Shown: positions 9,784 through 19,301 of the stretch, piece by piece
Numbering within the stretch: the first letter of the stretch is position 1
Layout of the letters: the number at the start of each line of letters is the position of its first letter
Source of the DNA: Planctomycetia bacterium
GTDB taxonomy: Bacteria > Planctomycetota > UBA1135 > UBA2386
DNA length: 59,256 bases
Direction of reading: 5' to 3'
Assembly (NCBI GenBank): GCA_005776475.1
Contig: SXPB01000094.1
Location: forward strand, 1 to 59,256
Program-made: the position numbers and the translations under genes
The notes under the pieces: generated by a model
Told to the model about the DNA's origin: nothing
Seen by the model: only the letters and a program-made list of their open reading frames with translations
The model's database searches: none

Positions 9784-11475
9784 ATGGAGACGATTCCTCT
9801 GGTCGTGGAACTTGCCGCCAGCATCGGTGGCATCCCGCCCGAGAAAGCCCAGGAGCTGTGGCGCACCGCAGGTGCCAACGACATCGACTTCATTGAGCGA
9901 CTGCACGTGCTCGGCCTCGTCCCGGAGTCGGACGCGTATCGTCTTCTCGCCAAGAGCCTCGAATTGCCGTTCGAGAATCCGGATGCGCTCGATCTCGACC
10001 CGGTCGTGTTGAGTGTGTTGCCGAAGGAGGCGATGCAGCAGTTCCAGGCGCTGCCCCTGCGTTGGCAGGAGGGGCACCTCGTCGTCGGGCTGCAGAATCC
10101 GACCGATCTGCACACGATCGATGCGATCCAGGAACTGGCGCGCGCGCCGGTGATGCCGACCGTGGTGACGCCGACGGCGATCGCTGCGGGCTTGCGCCAG
10201 CGCGACAGCAAAGGCGAAGGCATCGAAGCGTTGCTTGCGCGGCTCGACCTCGACCGCCTCGACGAGTCGGCCCTGGCGACCCCGCAGAAGCTGCGCGAAG
10301 TCGCCGGTGACAACGCGATCGTCGACCTCGTCAACCTGCTGATCGACGCCGCGCTGCGTCGTCGCGCCAGCGACATCCACATCGAAGTCGGCCGCACGCG
10401 CTGCAAGGTGCGCATGCGTGTCGACGGTTGCCTCGAAGCGACGCAGATGCTGCCAAAGCCCCTGCACTCGGCGCTGATCTCGCGCATCAAGGTGCTGGCT
10501 GATCTCGACATCGCCGAACGCCGCAAGCCGCAGGACGGCCAGTTTCGCCGCAAGACGGGTTCGGGGCGCGTCGTCGAATTCCGCGTAAGCACATTGCCCG
10601 CCGTGCACGGCGAGAAAGCAGTGTTGCGTGTGCTCGACCGCACCAACGTCAAACTCGACCTTGCCGAGCAGGGCATGTCTAAGGACCAGGCGGATCGGCT
10701 GCGCGCCGCCGCCAGTTCGCCGAACGGACTCGTGCTGGTGACCGGCCCCACGGGCTCCGGCAAGACGACCACGCTCTACGGTGTGCTGCACTACCTCAAC
10801 CAGGAGGACAGCAACCTGATCACGGTCGAGGATCCGGTCGAATACGAACTCGAGAACGTCACGCAGGTGCAGGTCGATCCGAAGGCCGGGCGAACGTTCG
10901 CGACGGTGCTGCGGTCGATGCTGCGTCAGGACCCCGACGTCGTCATGGTCGGTGAAATCCGCGACCAGGAGACCGGCGAGATCGCCGTGCATGCCGCACT
11001 GACCGGCCACATGGTCCTGTCGACGTTGCACACGAACTCGGCGATCGGCGCGGTGACGCGGTTGATCGACATGGGCGTCGAGCCCTACCTGCTGGCGCCG
11101 ACCATCACGGCCGTCGTCGCGCAACGACTCGTGCGTCGCCTTTGCCCCGATTGCAGCAAGCCGGGGCCGGCCCCCACGGAAGTGCTCACGCGTTTCGGGC
11201 TCACGCAGTTCGCCAAAGGTGGCAATTGGCGGCGCGCGGAGGGTTGCGGCAGTTGTCGCTCGCGCGGCTTCATCGGGCGCGTGCCGATCTACGAGATCCT
11301 GTTCTGGAACGACGAGCTGGCGCGGTTGCTCGCCAAGGGAACGGCCGAGGAAGAGTTGCTGGTCGCGGCGCGAGCGAGCGGTTTCCGCGATCTGCTGATG
11401 GACGGCGTCGAGAAGGCGTGGGCCGGGCTCACAACGATCCAGGAAGCGATGACCGTCGTGCGCAGCAAGGCCTGA
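9784..11475 (+). CDS. gspE: GspE/PilB assembly ATPase
   Basis: ASDIHIE, Walker A GPTGSGKT, TVEDPVE, LRQDPDVVMVGEIRD, GHMVLSTLHTN, tetra-Cys CPDC/CGSC. Confidence 0.95.
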   Translation: METIPLVVELAASIGGIPPEKAQELWRTAGANDIDFIERLHVLGLVPESDAYRLLAKSLELPFENPDALDLDPVVLSVLPKEAMQQFQALPLRWQEGHLVVGLQNPTDLHTIDAIQELARAPVMPTVVTPTAIAAGLRQRDSKGEGIEALLARLDLDRLDESALATPQKLREVAGDNAIVDLVNLLIDAALRRRASDIHIEVGRTRCKVRMRVDGCLEATQMLPKPLHSALISRIKVLADLDIAERRKPQDGQFRRKTGSGRVVEFRVSTLPAVHGEKAVLRVLDRTNVKLDLAEQGMSKDQADRLRAAASSPNGLVLVTGPTGSGKTTTLYGVLHYLNQEDSNLITVEDPVEYELENVTQVQVDPKAGRTFATVLRSMLRQDPDVVMVGEIRDQETGEIAVHAALTGHMVLSTLHTNSAIGAVTRLIDMGVEPYLLAPTITAVVAQRLVRRLCPDCSKPGPAPTEVLTRFGLTQFAKGGNWRRAEGCGSCRSRGFIGRVPIYEILFWNDELARLLAKGTAEEELLVAARASGFRDLLMDGVEKAWAGLTTIQEAMTVVRSKA

Positions 11476-11534
11476 ACGGGTTGCCGGGCGCAGAAGGCTG
11501 CGGGTGCCTTCCCGCACCGCACGCCGTCACTAGA

Positions 11535-12056
11535 TCACAGATCGAAGATGGCGAGGATGTCGTCGCCCGCTGCGACGCCCTGGTTCTTCTGTTGCCAGCT
11601 CGTCTGTTCGATGCCGTCGGGCCCGTACGACATCACCCACACGTCGGCGATGGCGCCGGCCGCGGTGGTGATCTCACCCATGTAGGCGCGTCCCCATGGA
11701 TCGACGGTAGATGGCTTGCTCAGGTACTTCTTTTGGCCAGACACGAGCACTCTTGTGTAGTGCGGCACCAGCGCGGCCGGATCCAGGCAGAAGGCGATGC
11801 CCGGGATGTTCGGGAGAACGGGGCCGGCGGGATAGGTGCCGGTGTCGAGGCGATAGCGGCCGATGGCTTCGACGATCGCTTTCACTTCGGCCTGCGCCTG
11901 CGCCTTCTTGCTGTCGGCCATGGACGAACCGACCATCGGCACGATGGTGCCGGCGAGCAGCGAGAGCACCGCAATGGCGATCACGATCTCAAGCAGCGTG
12001 AAACCGCCGGAGCCCAGCGACCGGACTCCGTTGCAGTTGGCATCAGTGCTGTTCAT
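11535..12056 (-). CDS. GspG-like major pseudopilin (paralog 2)
   Basis: G|FTLLEIVIAIAVLSLLAG; YRLDTG.YP; DPWGRAY; SYGPDG; GDDI. Confidence 0.9.
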   Translation of the reverse strand: MNSTDANCNGVRSLGSGGFTLLEIVIAIAVLSLLAGTIVPMVGSSMADSKKAQAQAEVKAIVEAIGRYRLDTGTYPAGPVLPNIPGIAFCLDPAALVPHYTRVLVSGQKKYLSKPSTVDPWGRAYMGEITTAAGAIADVWVMSYGPDGIEQTSWQQKNQGVAAGDDILAIFDL

Positions 12057-12520
12057 CTCGCTCTCACAGATCGAAGAAGGCGCCGGCGTCGTCGCCGAGT
12101 GTCTGACCGATGTTGGCTTGGGCTGAGCCAGTCTGTTGGACGCCATCCGGCCCCATCGACAACACGAAGACGTCGGTGATGTTGCCCCCCGCAGTGTTGA
12201 TGCCGTAGATGTACGGCCGGCCCCACGGATCGCGCGTGATCGCCTTGCTCAGGTACTTCTTGGTGCCGTGGACCAGGGTCGTCGACAGCGACAGCATCGC
12301 CGAGTCGGTCGAGCCGAAGTTCGCGTTCGGGTTGTTCTGTTCGCCTGGCGGATACAGGCCGGTGTCGAGCTTGTAGCGGCCGATCGCTTCGACGATCGCT
12401 TTCACCTCGCTCTGCGCCTGGGCCTTCTTGCTGTCGGCCATGGTCGATCCGACCATCGGCACGATGGTGCCGGCGAGCAGTGCCAGGACCGCAATCGCGA
12501 TCACGATCTCCAACAGAGTG
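11841..12520. repeat. Direct repeat between the 5' halves of the two tandem pilin genes (11841-12000 vs 12361-12520)
   Basis: Gap-free hand alignment gives 141/160 identical bases. Both genes also end in the same sequence (tcacagatcgaaga at 11535 and 12064). Confidence 0.85.
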
Positions 12521-12561
12521 AAGCCACGCTGGGCGTGGACCGATTGTGTGTTCTCTTGCAT
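12064..12561 (-). CDS. GspG-like major pseudopilin (paralog 1)
   Basis: G|FTLLEIVIAIAVLALLAG; YKLDTG.YP; DPWGRPY; SMGPDG; GAGAGG RBS upstream. Confidence 0.9.
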   Translation of the reverse strand: MQENTQSVHAQRGFTLLEIVIAIAVLALLAGTIVPMVGSTMADSKKAQAQSEVKAIVEAIGRYKLDTGLYPPGEQNNPNANFGSTDSAMLSLSTTLVHGTKKYLSKAITRDPWGRPYIYGINTAGGNITDVFVLSMGPDGVQQTGSAQANIGQTLGDDAGAFFDL

Positions 12562-12791
12562 CAACCTCTCCTCGTGCCACGAACTGCGGCGGGGTTCCTT
12601 TCGGCAATTGCCCTTCGCGAATTCAGTGATTGGCCCGAGATGCGCTCGGCGAGGGCGCGAGGCTTCGATGCCAGTGCCTGCACGCGCCCGTCCCGGATCG
12701 AGACGATCGCCGCGCGCGTGGCAAACTCGGCGACCAAGGAACGCATGCCTCGCGTCGAGCCGGCGGCGGATGTGGCTAGACTCAGCTTCCG

Positions 12792-15700
12792 ATGCGCGCG
12801 TCGTTTTCGCTCTCCATGGTCGTCGTCGGGCACCTGGCCCTCGCAGCGTTGACGGCGCAGCGACCGATGTCGCTGCCGGTGAACGTGACCGCCACGGTCG
12901 ATGCAGCGACCTTGGCCAAGACCGGCACCGCGGCGCTGCGATTGGGGTTTGTGTGCGAGGAAGTGCTCGATCGCCCGTGGGCGGTGCGGGTCGAGTTGAG
13001 GCGCGCTGGGCGGATGCTGTTGCGCCGCGACCACGCGCCGCCGGTTCCGACGAAGCAGTGGGCCAAGCAGAAGCCGGTCGAGTACTCGTTGCCGCTGGTG
13101 TTTCGCACGCCGCCACAAGGCGTGCTGGTCGGCGACATCATCGAGGTCGCGCTCGGCTTCCACGACGCCGCAGCCGACACCGTGTCGCCGCCGCTCGCGC
13201 GCAACGTCGGCGGCGATGGGATGGTCGTCGTCGCTACGTTCCCATGGCCCGGCGAGGCGCCGGTTCCGGATTCGACCGCTGTCGATGCCACGATCGCGAC
13301 TGCGCTCGCTCTGGCACCGACGAAGCCACAGGAAGCGTGGGACCAGCTCGAGTTCGCGTTCCGCAACCTCGACGACTATCCGCTGAAGGGCAAGTTGCAG
13401 AAGGCGCTGTTGGTGGTCGGCAAGTCACCGCCGGCGGCGCTCACGTTCGAAGAGCACGACATCGTGCAAGAACGCATCCGAGCCGAGCGCGCGCGGTATC
13501 TGCGCCAGGTCGCCGGCCGCATGTTCGATCGCGGCAAACTGCTCGGGGCCCTGATGCTGCTCGACGAGGTCGGTGGCGCCTTGCAGGCCGATGCCGACCG
13601 CGCCGTGTTGGGAGCGCTCGACGAGGCGAAGCGTGCGACGCAGGATCGCGACGGGATCGCCAAGAAGGTGTTCGCCATCGGTGAGGAGCAACAGGCGGTC
13701 GTCGACCAGCTGGCCGCGAAGTGGAAGGGCCTCGACCGCATCGCGCACGCGCTGCATCTCGCCAAGGACAAGTCCCAGCGCGGCATCGCCCGCGCGCTGC
13801 TGCACACGCTGACGTTCACCAACGAGTTCCGCGCCGAAGGCGAAGCCGCCCGCGACCAGTTCGACATGGAGTGGCTCGCCGATGTTCCGGCCGACGAACG
13901 TGCCGAAGCGAAGGCGGCGATGGACCATCCGTGTTGGGCGCGCACCTCGACGCGAGTTTCGCATCGCTTCGTGGTGATCGGGCCAAAGCAGCTCGTCGAC
14001 ACGATCCCCGACGACAGCTTGCTGCGCTTCGACCTCGCCTACCTCTGGCTGACCGATCTGTTCGGTCGCGTGCCCAATCCCAACGGCGATCGCGTCACCG
14101 TCTATTGGAAGGAACTGTGGGAGTTCGGCGGCGGTGTCGGCGGCGGCAAGATCATCGACATCGGCAATGCCGACGCCGCGGCGAAGGGCACACGGGTCGA
14201 CAATGGGTTGCTCTACCACGAGCTCACCCACTGCATCGACGACACGACGCCGGTCTACGGCGGCATGCACGAAGGTCTGGCCGACTTCGGCGCTGCGTTC
14301 GCGCAGATGGAACTCGGCCAGGTTGCCGGCGGCCGCGCGTCGATCGGGCTCGCGCTGCGTGCGTTCCTCGGCGACTACCTCGAACGCGACCTCGAATACT
14401 GGCGCATTCCGAACTACGGGCCGTCGGCGGGCTTCTTCCTGCACTTCGTCACCGAGTACGGCAAGAGCGGCGAAGGCTACCAGTGGCAGCGCTACCGCAA
14501 ATTCTTCCGCGACTACCGCAAGGATCTCGTGAAGGACGCGCGCACGCCAACGCTGGCGCGCGCGTTCGCGTTCCATCTCGTCGAAGCGTTTGGCGAGAAG
14601 GCGTTCGCCGACTTGATCCGCTTCCGCTGGCCGTTGGTGCCGGCCGATCTCGCTGCGATCCGCGCGGAGCAGCAGCTAGCGACGCGACGGGCTGGGGCAG
14701 GCGCCCTCGACGATGCGCCCGGTTCGCCGGTGCCGCGCGACGTGATGGCGGGCAAGCTGCAGAGTGAACAGGCCGACCTCGCCGCGTACCAACTCGAACT
14801 CGGCGTGGTGAAGGACTGGTGGGTCATCGGGCCGTTCCGTCGCGACGGTGCCGACGCCGATGCGTTTCGCTTCCCGCCGGAGCTCGAGATCGATCTCGGC
14901 GCGAAGTACTCTGGCTTCAACAACAACCCGACCTGGCGGCATCCTGGCGACAAGCCGGTCACCGTCGATGCGACGGGCTACGTGCAGTTCGACTATCCCT
15001 ACATGGATTGGACGGCGCTCTACGCGCTGACCCATGTGCACATCGCCAGCGAGCAGCAGGCGTTCCTGCACTTGCGTTGCGACGACGAGGTGACGGTCTT
15101 CGTCAACGACGAGTTGGTCGGCAAGTACGCCGGCGGCGGCGGGCCGCTCGGGCCGTGGCGACCGCACTGGAACGTGATGCTGCCGGATGCGATTCGCTTT
15201 CCGGTGACGCTGCGCGCCGGCCGCAACAAGATCCTGGTCAAGCTCTACAACCACATGGGGCTCGCGGGGCTGACGATGGCGGTGGCGCAACGCAACGGCA
15301 CGCCGCTGACTGGTTGGTCGACCGACCTCGATCCGCCGGTGAAGAAGCTCGCTGCGATCGACGTGCCCGATGGCCGCAAATGGCCGTCCCGCTGGAAGGC
15401 GCGTTTCACCGACTCCGGTGCGCATCGCAAGCTCGACACCGAAGTGGGTTCGTGGCGCGTGCGCAACGGCGCGCTCGAAGGCTTTGCCACCGACCGCGGC
15501 GTCGAATGGCGCAAGTTCACCGTGCGGCCTGGCTTCCCCAAGGACTCGCCGAGCAACCTCGCGTGGTTACCGGAGAAGGCCTGCGACGCGGTGGACGCGT
15601 TCTTGCTGACGTTCGAGTTCGCCGAAGGCTCGGGACCGCCGAAAGCGTGCGTGATCGTGCAAGGCGAAGGGCGGCGCGACGCATTGTCCGGGTGGACGCT

Positions 15701-15989
15701 GATCCTCGAACCCGAGGGCTCTGACAAGGTGCACGCCTGGTTGGAGCGTTACGACCAGCGCATCTACGACGCTGGCGTCAAACCTTGGCGCGTCGATCCG
15801 AAGAAGACCAACACGCTCGAACTGCAGTGGTTCGGCAAACGACTCACGGTGAAGGTCGGCGACGAAGTGTTGTTCGACCAGGCCCCGTTGCTGCCGATTC
15901 CCGGCAGGAACCGCATCGGGCTCGCGACGTGGGGTGAGCAGGTGCGCATCGCGGAGATCGAACTGCGCGGGCCTGGGCGCACTCGGTAG
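12792..15989 (+). CDS. Large exported gluzincin-type metallopeptidase-domain protein with PA14-like/beta-sandwich domains
   Basis: Signal peptide (ALTA|Q); HELTH-x13-EGLADF; WWVIGPF, LRCDDEVTVFVN and GRNKILVKL; C-terminal lectin-like beta-sandwich. Confidence 0.7.
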   Translation: MRASFSLSMVVVGHLALAALTAQRPMSLPVNVTATVDAATLAKTGTAALRLGFVCEEVLDRPWAVRVELRRAGRMLLRRDHAPPVPTKQWAKQKPVEYSLPLVFRTPPQGVLVGDIIEVALGFHDAAADTVSPPLARNVGGDGMVVVATFPWPGEAPVPDSTAVDATIATALALAPTKPQEAWDQLEFAFRNLDDYPLKGKLQKALLVVGKSPPAALTFEEHDIVQERIRAERARYLRQVAGRMFDRGKLLGALMLLDEVGGALQADADRAVLGALDEAKRATQDRDGIAKKVFAIGEEQQAVVDQLAAKWKGLDRIAHALHLAKDKSQRGIARALLHTLTFTNEFRAEGEAARDQFDMEWLADVPADERAEAKAAMDHPCWARTSTRVSHRFVVIGPKQLVDTIPDDSLLRFDLAYLWLTDLFGRVPNPNGDRVTVYWKELWEFGGGVGGGKIIDIGNADAAAKGTRVDNGLLYHELTHCIDDTTPVYGGMHEGLADFGAAFAQMELGQVAGGRASIGLALRAFLGDYLERDLEYWRIPNYGPSAGFFLHFVTEYGKSGEGYQWQRYRKFFRDYRKDLVKDARTPTLARAFAFHLVEAFGEKAFADLIRFRWPLVPADLAAIRAEQQLATRRAGAGALDDAPGSPVPRDVMAGKLQSEQADLAAYQLELGVVKDWWVIGPFRRDGADADAFRFPPELEIDLGAKYSGFNNNPTWRHPGDKPVTVDATGYVQFDYPYMDWTALYALTHVHIASEQQAFLHLRCDDEVTVFVNDELVGKYAGGGGPLGPWRPHWNVMLPDAIRFPVTLRAGRNKILVKLYNHMGLAGLTMAVAQRNGTPLTGWSTDLDPPVKKLAAIDVPDGRKWPSRWKARFTDSGAHRKLDTEVGSWRVRNGALEGFATDRGVEWRKFTVRPGFPKDSPSNLAWLPEKACDAVDAFLLTFEFAEGSGPPKACVIVQGEGRRDALSGWTLILEPEGSDKVHAWLERYDQRIYDAGVKPWRVDPKKTNTLELQWFGKRLTVKVGDEVLFDQAPLLPIPGRNRIGLATWGEQVRIAEIELRGPGRTR

Positions 15990-16143
15990 CGATCTGTTCG
16001 CGACAGCCATGCGCTCCACAAAGCGAACGCCGTTGCGGCGGTAGGCGCCACCATGGCTCTCATTGGCATGGTGGGGGCAGGACCCACCCGCCTTCTCCGA
16101 ACGTGTGGCCGCGCTGCCACACCGGCCTGCAGTTCCGGATGAC

Positions 16144-16650
16144 ATGGCCATGCCCCTGCTCGCCACGCTTGCGCTCGACCTCGTGTTTGCGTTCGCGGGG
16201 CTGTGCAGCGTCTACATCGCGTTCGCATGGGGGGAGCTGTGCGGCATCCGTCCGGGCGGCGACAAATCGGGGCTCGGCGGGTTTGCGTTCGTGTTGCTGT
16301 TCGCGTTGCTGCGGGGCGTTGCGGTCGCGATTGGACTGCTTTGCGTCGCCCGCGATGGCGAGGCCTGGTGGTTGCTGCTCGCGCACTTGGCAATCGGTGT
16401 GATCGCATGGCGCTGCTTCGAACGCGAAGTGCGTCGCGTGCAGGCCGAGCACTGGCCGTCGTTGTCGGTGGGCCTTCTCGTCGGAGTCTTGCTGCCACTG
16501 CCCGCGTTCACGCTGGTGCTGGTTCGCACGAACGAACGCTGGCTTGGCGATGGCGTCAGTGCCTGGTCCATCGTCGCCGGCGGGCTCGCCGGGGCGCATG
16601 CGTTGTGCCATCTGCGGCAGCGCCGCGACATGCTGCGCCAACGGCGGTAG
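16144..16650 (+). CDS. Hypothetical integral membrane protein
   Basis: About five hydrophobic segments; fills the gap between neighbours; start uncertain. Confidence 0.55.
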   Translation: MAMPLLATLALDLVFAFAGLCSVYIAFAWGELCGIRPGGDKSGLGGFAFVLLFALLRGVAVAIGLLCVARDGEAWWLLLAHLAIGVIAWRCFEREVRRVQAEHWPSLSVGLLVGVLLPLPAFTLVLVRTNERWLGDGVSAWSIVAGGLAGAHALCHLRQRRDMLRQRR

Positions 16651-16655
16651 CGGCG

Positions 16656-17366
16656 CTACCGCAGTAACTGCGCCATCACGCCGTGCACGCTCGTGCGCAG
16701 GTCGAGGTCGTCGGTTGCGAGAATCGGATCGAGCCGCGCGAGCAGCTCGATGCCGAACGCGCCGAGTTGCGGCAGGTACGGTTCGATGCCGGTGCAGATC
16801 TCGAGCACGTCGCGGGCCGCCGCTTCCCGCACGGCGAACTCGGCGTCGGCGAGCACCTCGTGCAGCAATCGCAGCGACCGCGTGCGCGCGCCAGTCAGGC
16901 GCCAAAGGGCCATCGCGGCGCGGCGTTTGTTCGCGGAATCGGCGCGCGTGGCGAAGCGCGCCACGTGCCCACTCGCCCAGTGCGCGTCCGGCCCAAAACC
17001 CTCCAGCATCGCGAAGGCGACGGCGCGCACATCGTCGAGAGGATCGTCCAGTGCCAGCAGCAAGAACGGCACCATGCGCGTCGCTTGGGTTGCGTCGGCA
17101 ACGGGAGGCGTGCCGCGCCGACGTTCGTGTCCTTGCCGGATCCGGAACACCTGGCGAGCGGCGCCACGTCGCTGCGCGTCGTTGCCGCGCACCAGTTGCT
17201 GCAGCGCCGCGTCGAGCGTGCGTTCCGCGGCGGGTTTGCCAACGATCGAGGCCGACGGTGCCGGGGGCCGCGATGGCGCGAGTTGGCACCACATGGTGAA
17301 GCTGCTCGCGGTGAGAGCGATTCCCAGAGCGATGCCGGACAGAAGTAGCCCGTGCGCGGACGACAT
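16656..17366 (-). CDS. HEAT-repeat protein with N-terminal TM
   Basis: LDDPLDDVRAVAFAML and LADAEFAVREAAARDV repeats. Confidence 0.65.
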   Translation of the reverse strand: MSSAHGLLLSGIALGIALTASSFTMWCQLAPSRPPAPSASIVGKPAAERTLDAALQQLVRGNDAQRRGAARQVFRIRQGHERRRGTPPVADATQATRMVPFLLLALDDPLDDVRAVAFAMLEGFGPDAHWASGHVARFATRADSANKRRAAMALWRLTGARTRSLRLLHEVLADAEFAVREAAARDVLEICTGIEPYLPQLGAFGIELLARLDPILATDDLDLRTSVHGVMAQLLR

Positions 17367-17435
17367 GGGGAGGCTGTGCGCACGGGAAAGGGAACGTGGG
17401 CACGGTGCCAGCAACGGCGACCGCGCGCCGCCGGT

Positions 17436-19274
17436 TCACTTGCCGAGCGAATCGAGCTCGGCGCGCACCCGAGCATCGTCGGGGCGCAGCGCGAGAGCTC
17501 GCTGCAGCGCGGTCCTGGCGGCGGCTGCTTCGCCGAGGCGAGCGCGCACGCGACCGAGGTTGAACCAGGCCGTGAAGTAGTCGGGATCGAGCGCGACGGC
17601 GCGATCGTAGTGCGTTGCCGCCGACGCCAGCCGCCCGAGTTGGAAGTGGGCAGTGGCGAGATTGCTATGCACGATCGCCGCGTTCGGCAACGAGCGCAGC
17701 GCCTGTTCGAAATGGGTGAAGGCGTCCTCGCCGCGGCCCTGCCGGCCGAGCAGAGCACCAAGCTGCAGGTGCGCGAGGCCACGATCCGGATCGAGGCGCA
17801 GCGCCGCCTCGTACTCGCGGCGCGCTTCGTCGAGCTGGTTCTGCGCCTCGGCGAGCATGCCTGCTTCCAGCGCACAATCGGCAGCACCTGGCGAGATCGC
17901 CCGCGCGCGTTCGATCGAGCGCTGCGCCACCGCGAAGTCGCCGCGTTCGCGCGCAAGCCGGGCGTGGCGCAGCAGCACGTTCCACGCATCGGGCACCTTC
18001 TCGAGTTGGCGCGCGACATCGGCGGTGTCGAGGGCGATGCGAGCGGCGCGGTCCGCAACGGTGACCGCGATCGTCCACGTCGCCATTTCGTCGGAGGAGG
18101 CTTGGCCGAAGCGAACGCGCTGTGGCGGTCGGCTCGGATTGTTCGGATTGTGCTCGCTGTTGTCGAACACGTACTCCATCGCGAGGCGCGTGCCCGCCGG
18201 CAGTTCGATCGGCGTCGCGAAGCGGTAGTCGTCCTGCCAGTCGAAGTCCCACGCGTCGACGCCGAACAGCACGCGCTGCTCGCCGCTGGGCAAGGTCGCG
18301 GTGCCGCGCATGCGGCGGCAGAGCCAGTGCGCATGCGGGTAGATCGCGTGCAGCACGACAGGCACCGGCAGGTCGAGATGGTCGCGCGCGGTGAAGTCGC
18401 GCACGCCGGCTTCGATGTCGATCTTGTCGTCGAACAACACCACGGGCACAAACGTGGTCGTCGTTGGTGCGTCGGTGAAGTAGAGGCCGATCGCCGGTTG
18501 CACGCGTTCGGGTTTGCCGGTCGGCACGAGGTGCAGCTGCAGCACGAAGTCGTCGCCAGGCCGCAGACGCCACGCCTGCCCGGGCGGCGCTCGCCGCACG
18601 CTCTTGCCGGGCGTCCAGCCGAGGAAGTTGCCGTCGGGTGGCTGCGCCGTGCCGAGCGACATGCCGCCAAACCCAGGCCCATCGTCTTCGGCGTCGCGAC
18701 GGCGCGACTCGCGCGTGGCATCGACACCGAGCACCGCGTGGTGCACGGCGCGGTTGCGCGGTTGGATCTCGATGGCTTCGACGAAGCGAAGGCGATCGAC
18801 GGCGATCGGCAGCACCAAGTTGCGCACGCGGTCGGGACCGGAGGCGGGAACTTCGATTACGTCGGTTGCCGTGACGACGAGGTCTGGTTCGCGCAGTTGC
18901 CAACCTTCGGTGAACTGCGGTGGTGCTGGCTCCTTGGTCGCATCGCCACGCTGCCCGCCTGCATCGGCCCAGCGCTGCAGCAAGGCGATCTCGTCGGCGC
19001 GCAAGCGGCGATCGTCGGCGAACTCGCCGTGCACGGGCAGCCATGGCGGCATCACGCCAGCCTGCGTCACTTCGACGATTTGCGCGCGCCGCTTCCACAC
19101 GTCGTCGAACGTCAGCAACGCGAACGGCGCCGGCTGGCCGGGTCGATGGCAGTTCGCGCACGCACGGTGCACCAGCGGTGCGATGTCGCGGGCCCAAGTC
19201 GGCGCTGCATTCTGGCCGCGCGTGGTTGCGGCCCATGCCAACATCATCGCGAGACAAGAAGCAGGAAACCGCAT
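17436..19274 (-). CDS. Cytochrome c / copper type II monooxygenase-like / TPR fusion protein
   Basis: Signal peptide; CANCH heme motif; MPPW; VHH, PHAH and DEM copper-ligand pattern; WDFDWQ; 5-6 TPRs. Confidence 0.8.
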   Translation of the reverse strand: MRFPASCLAMMLAWAATTRGQNAAPTWARDIAPLVHRACANCHRPGQPAPFALLTFDDVWKRRAQIVEVTQAGVMPPWLPVHGEFADDRRLRADEIALLQRWADAGGQRGDATKEPAPPQFTEGWQLREPDLVVTATDVIEVPASGPDRVRNLVLPIAVDRLRFVEAIEIQPRNRAVHHAVLGVDATRESRRRDAEDDGPGFGGMSLGTAQPPDGNFLGWTPGKSVRRAPPGQAWRLRPGDDFVLQLHLVPTGKPERVQPAIGLYFTDAPTTTTFVPVVLFDDKIDIEAGVRDFTARDHLDLPVPVVLHAIYPHAHWLCRRMRGTATLPSGEQRVLFGVDAWDFDWQDDYRFATPIELPAGTRLAMEYVFDNSEHNPNNPSRPPQRVRFGQASSDEMATWTIAVTVADRAARIALDTADVARQLEKVPDAWNVLLRHARLARERGDFAVAQRSIERARAISPGAADCALEAGMLAEAQNQLDEARREYEAALRLDPDRGLAHLQLGALLGRQGRGEDAFTHFEQALRSLPNAAIVHSNLATAHFQLGRLASAATHYDRAVALDPDYFTAWFNLGRVRARLGEAAAARTALQRALALRPDDARVRAELDSLGK

Positions 19275-19301
19275 GCGAACGCAGCGTACCGCACGAACCT
19301 G

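Noticed and set aside
12715-12790. GGCAAAC...GGAACGCA resembling a c-di-GMP-I riboswitch next to pilin genes
   Set aside because: The stem around the putative GNRA loop pairs poorly, the second hairpin is not evident, and it faces away from the pilins. An Infernal search with the c-di-GMP-I model would decide.
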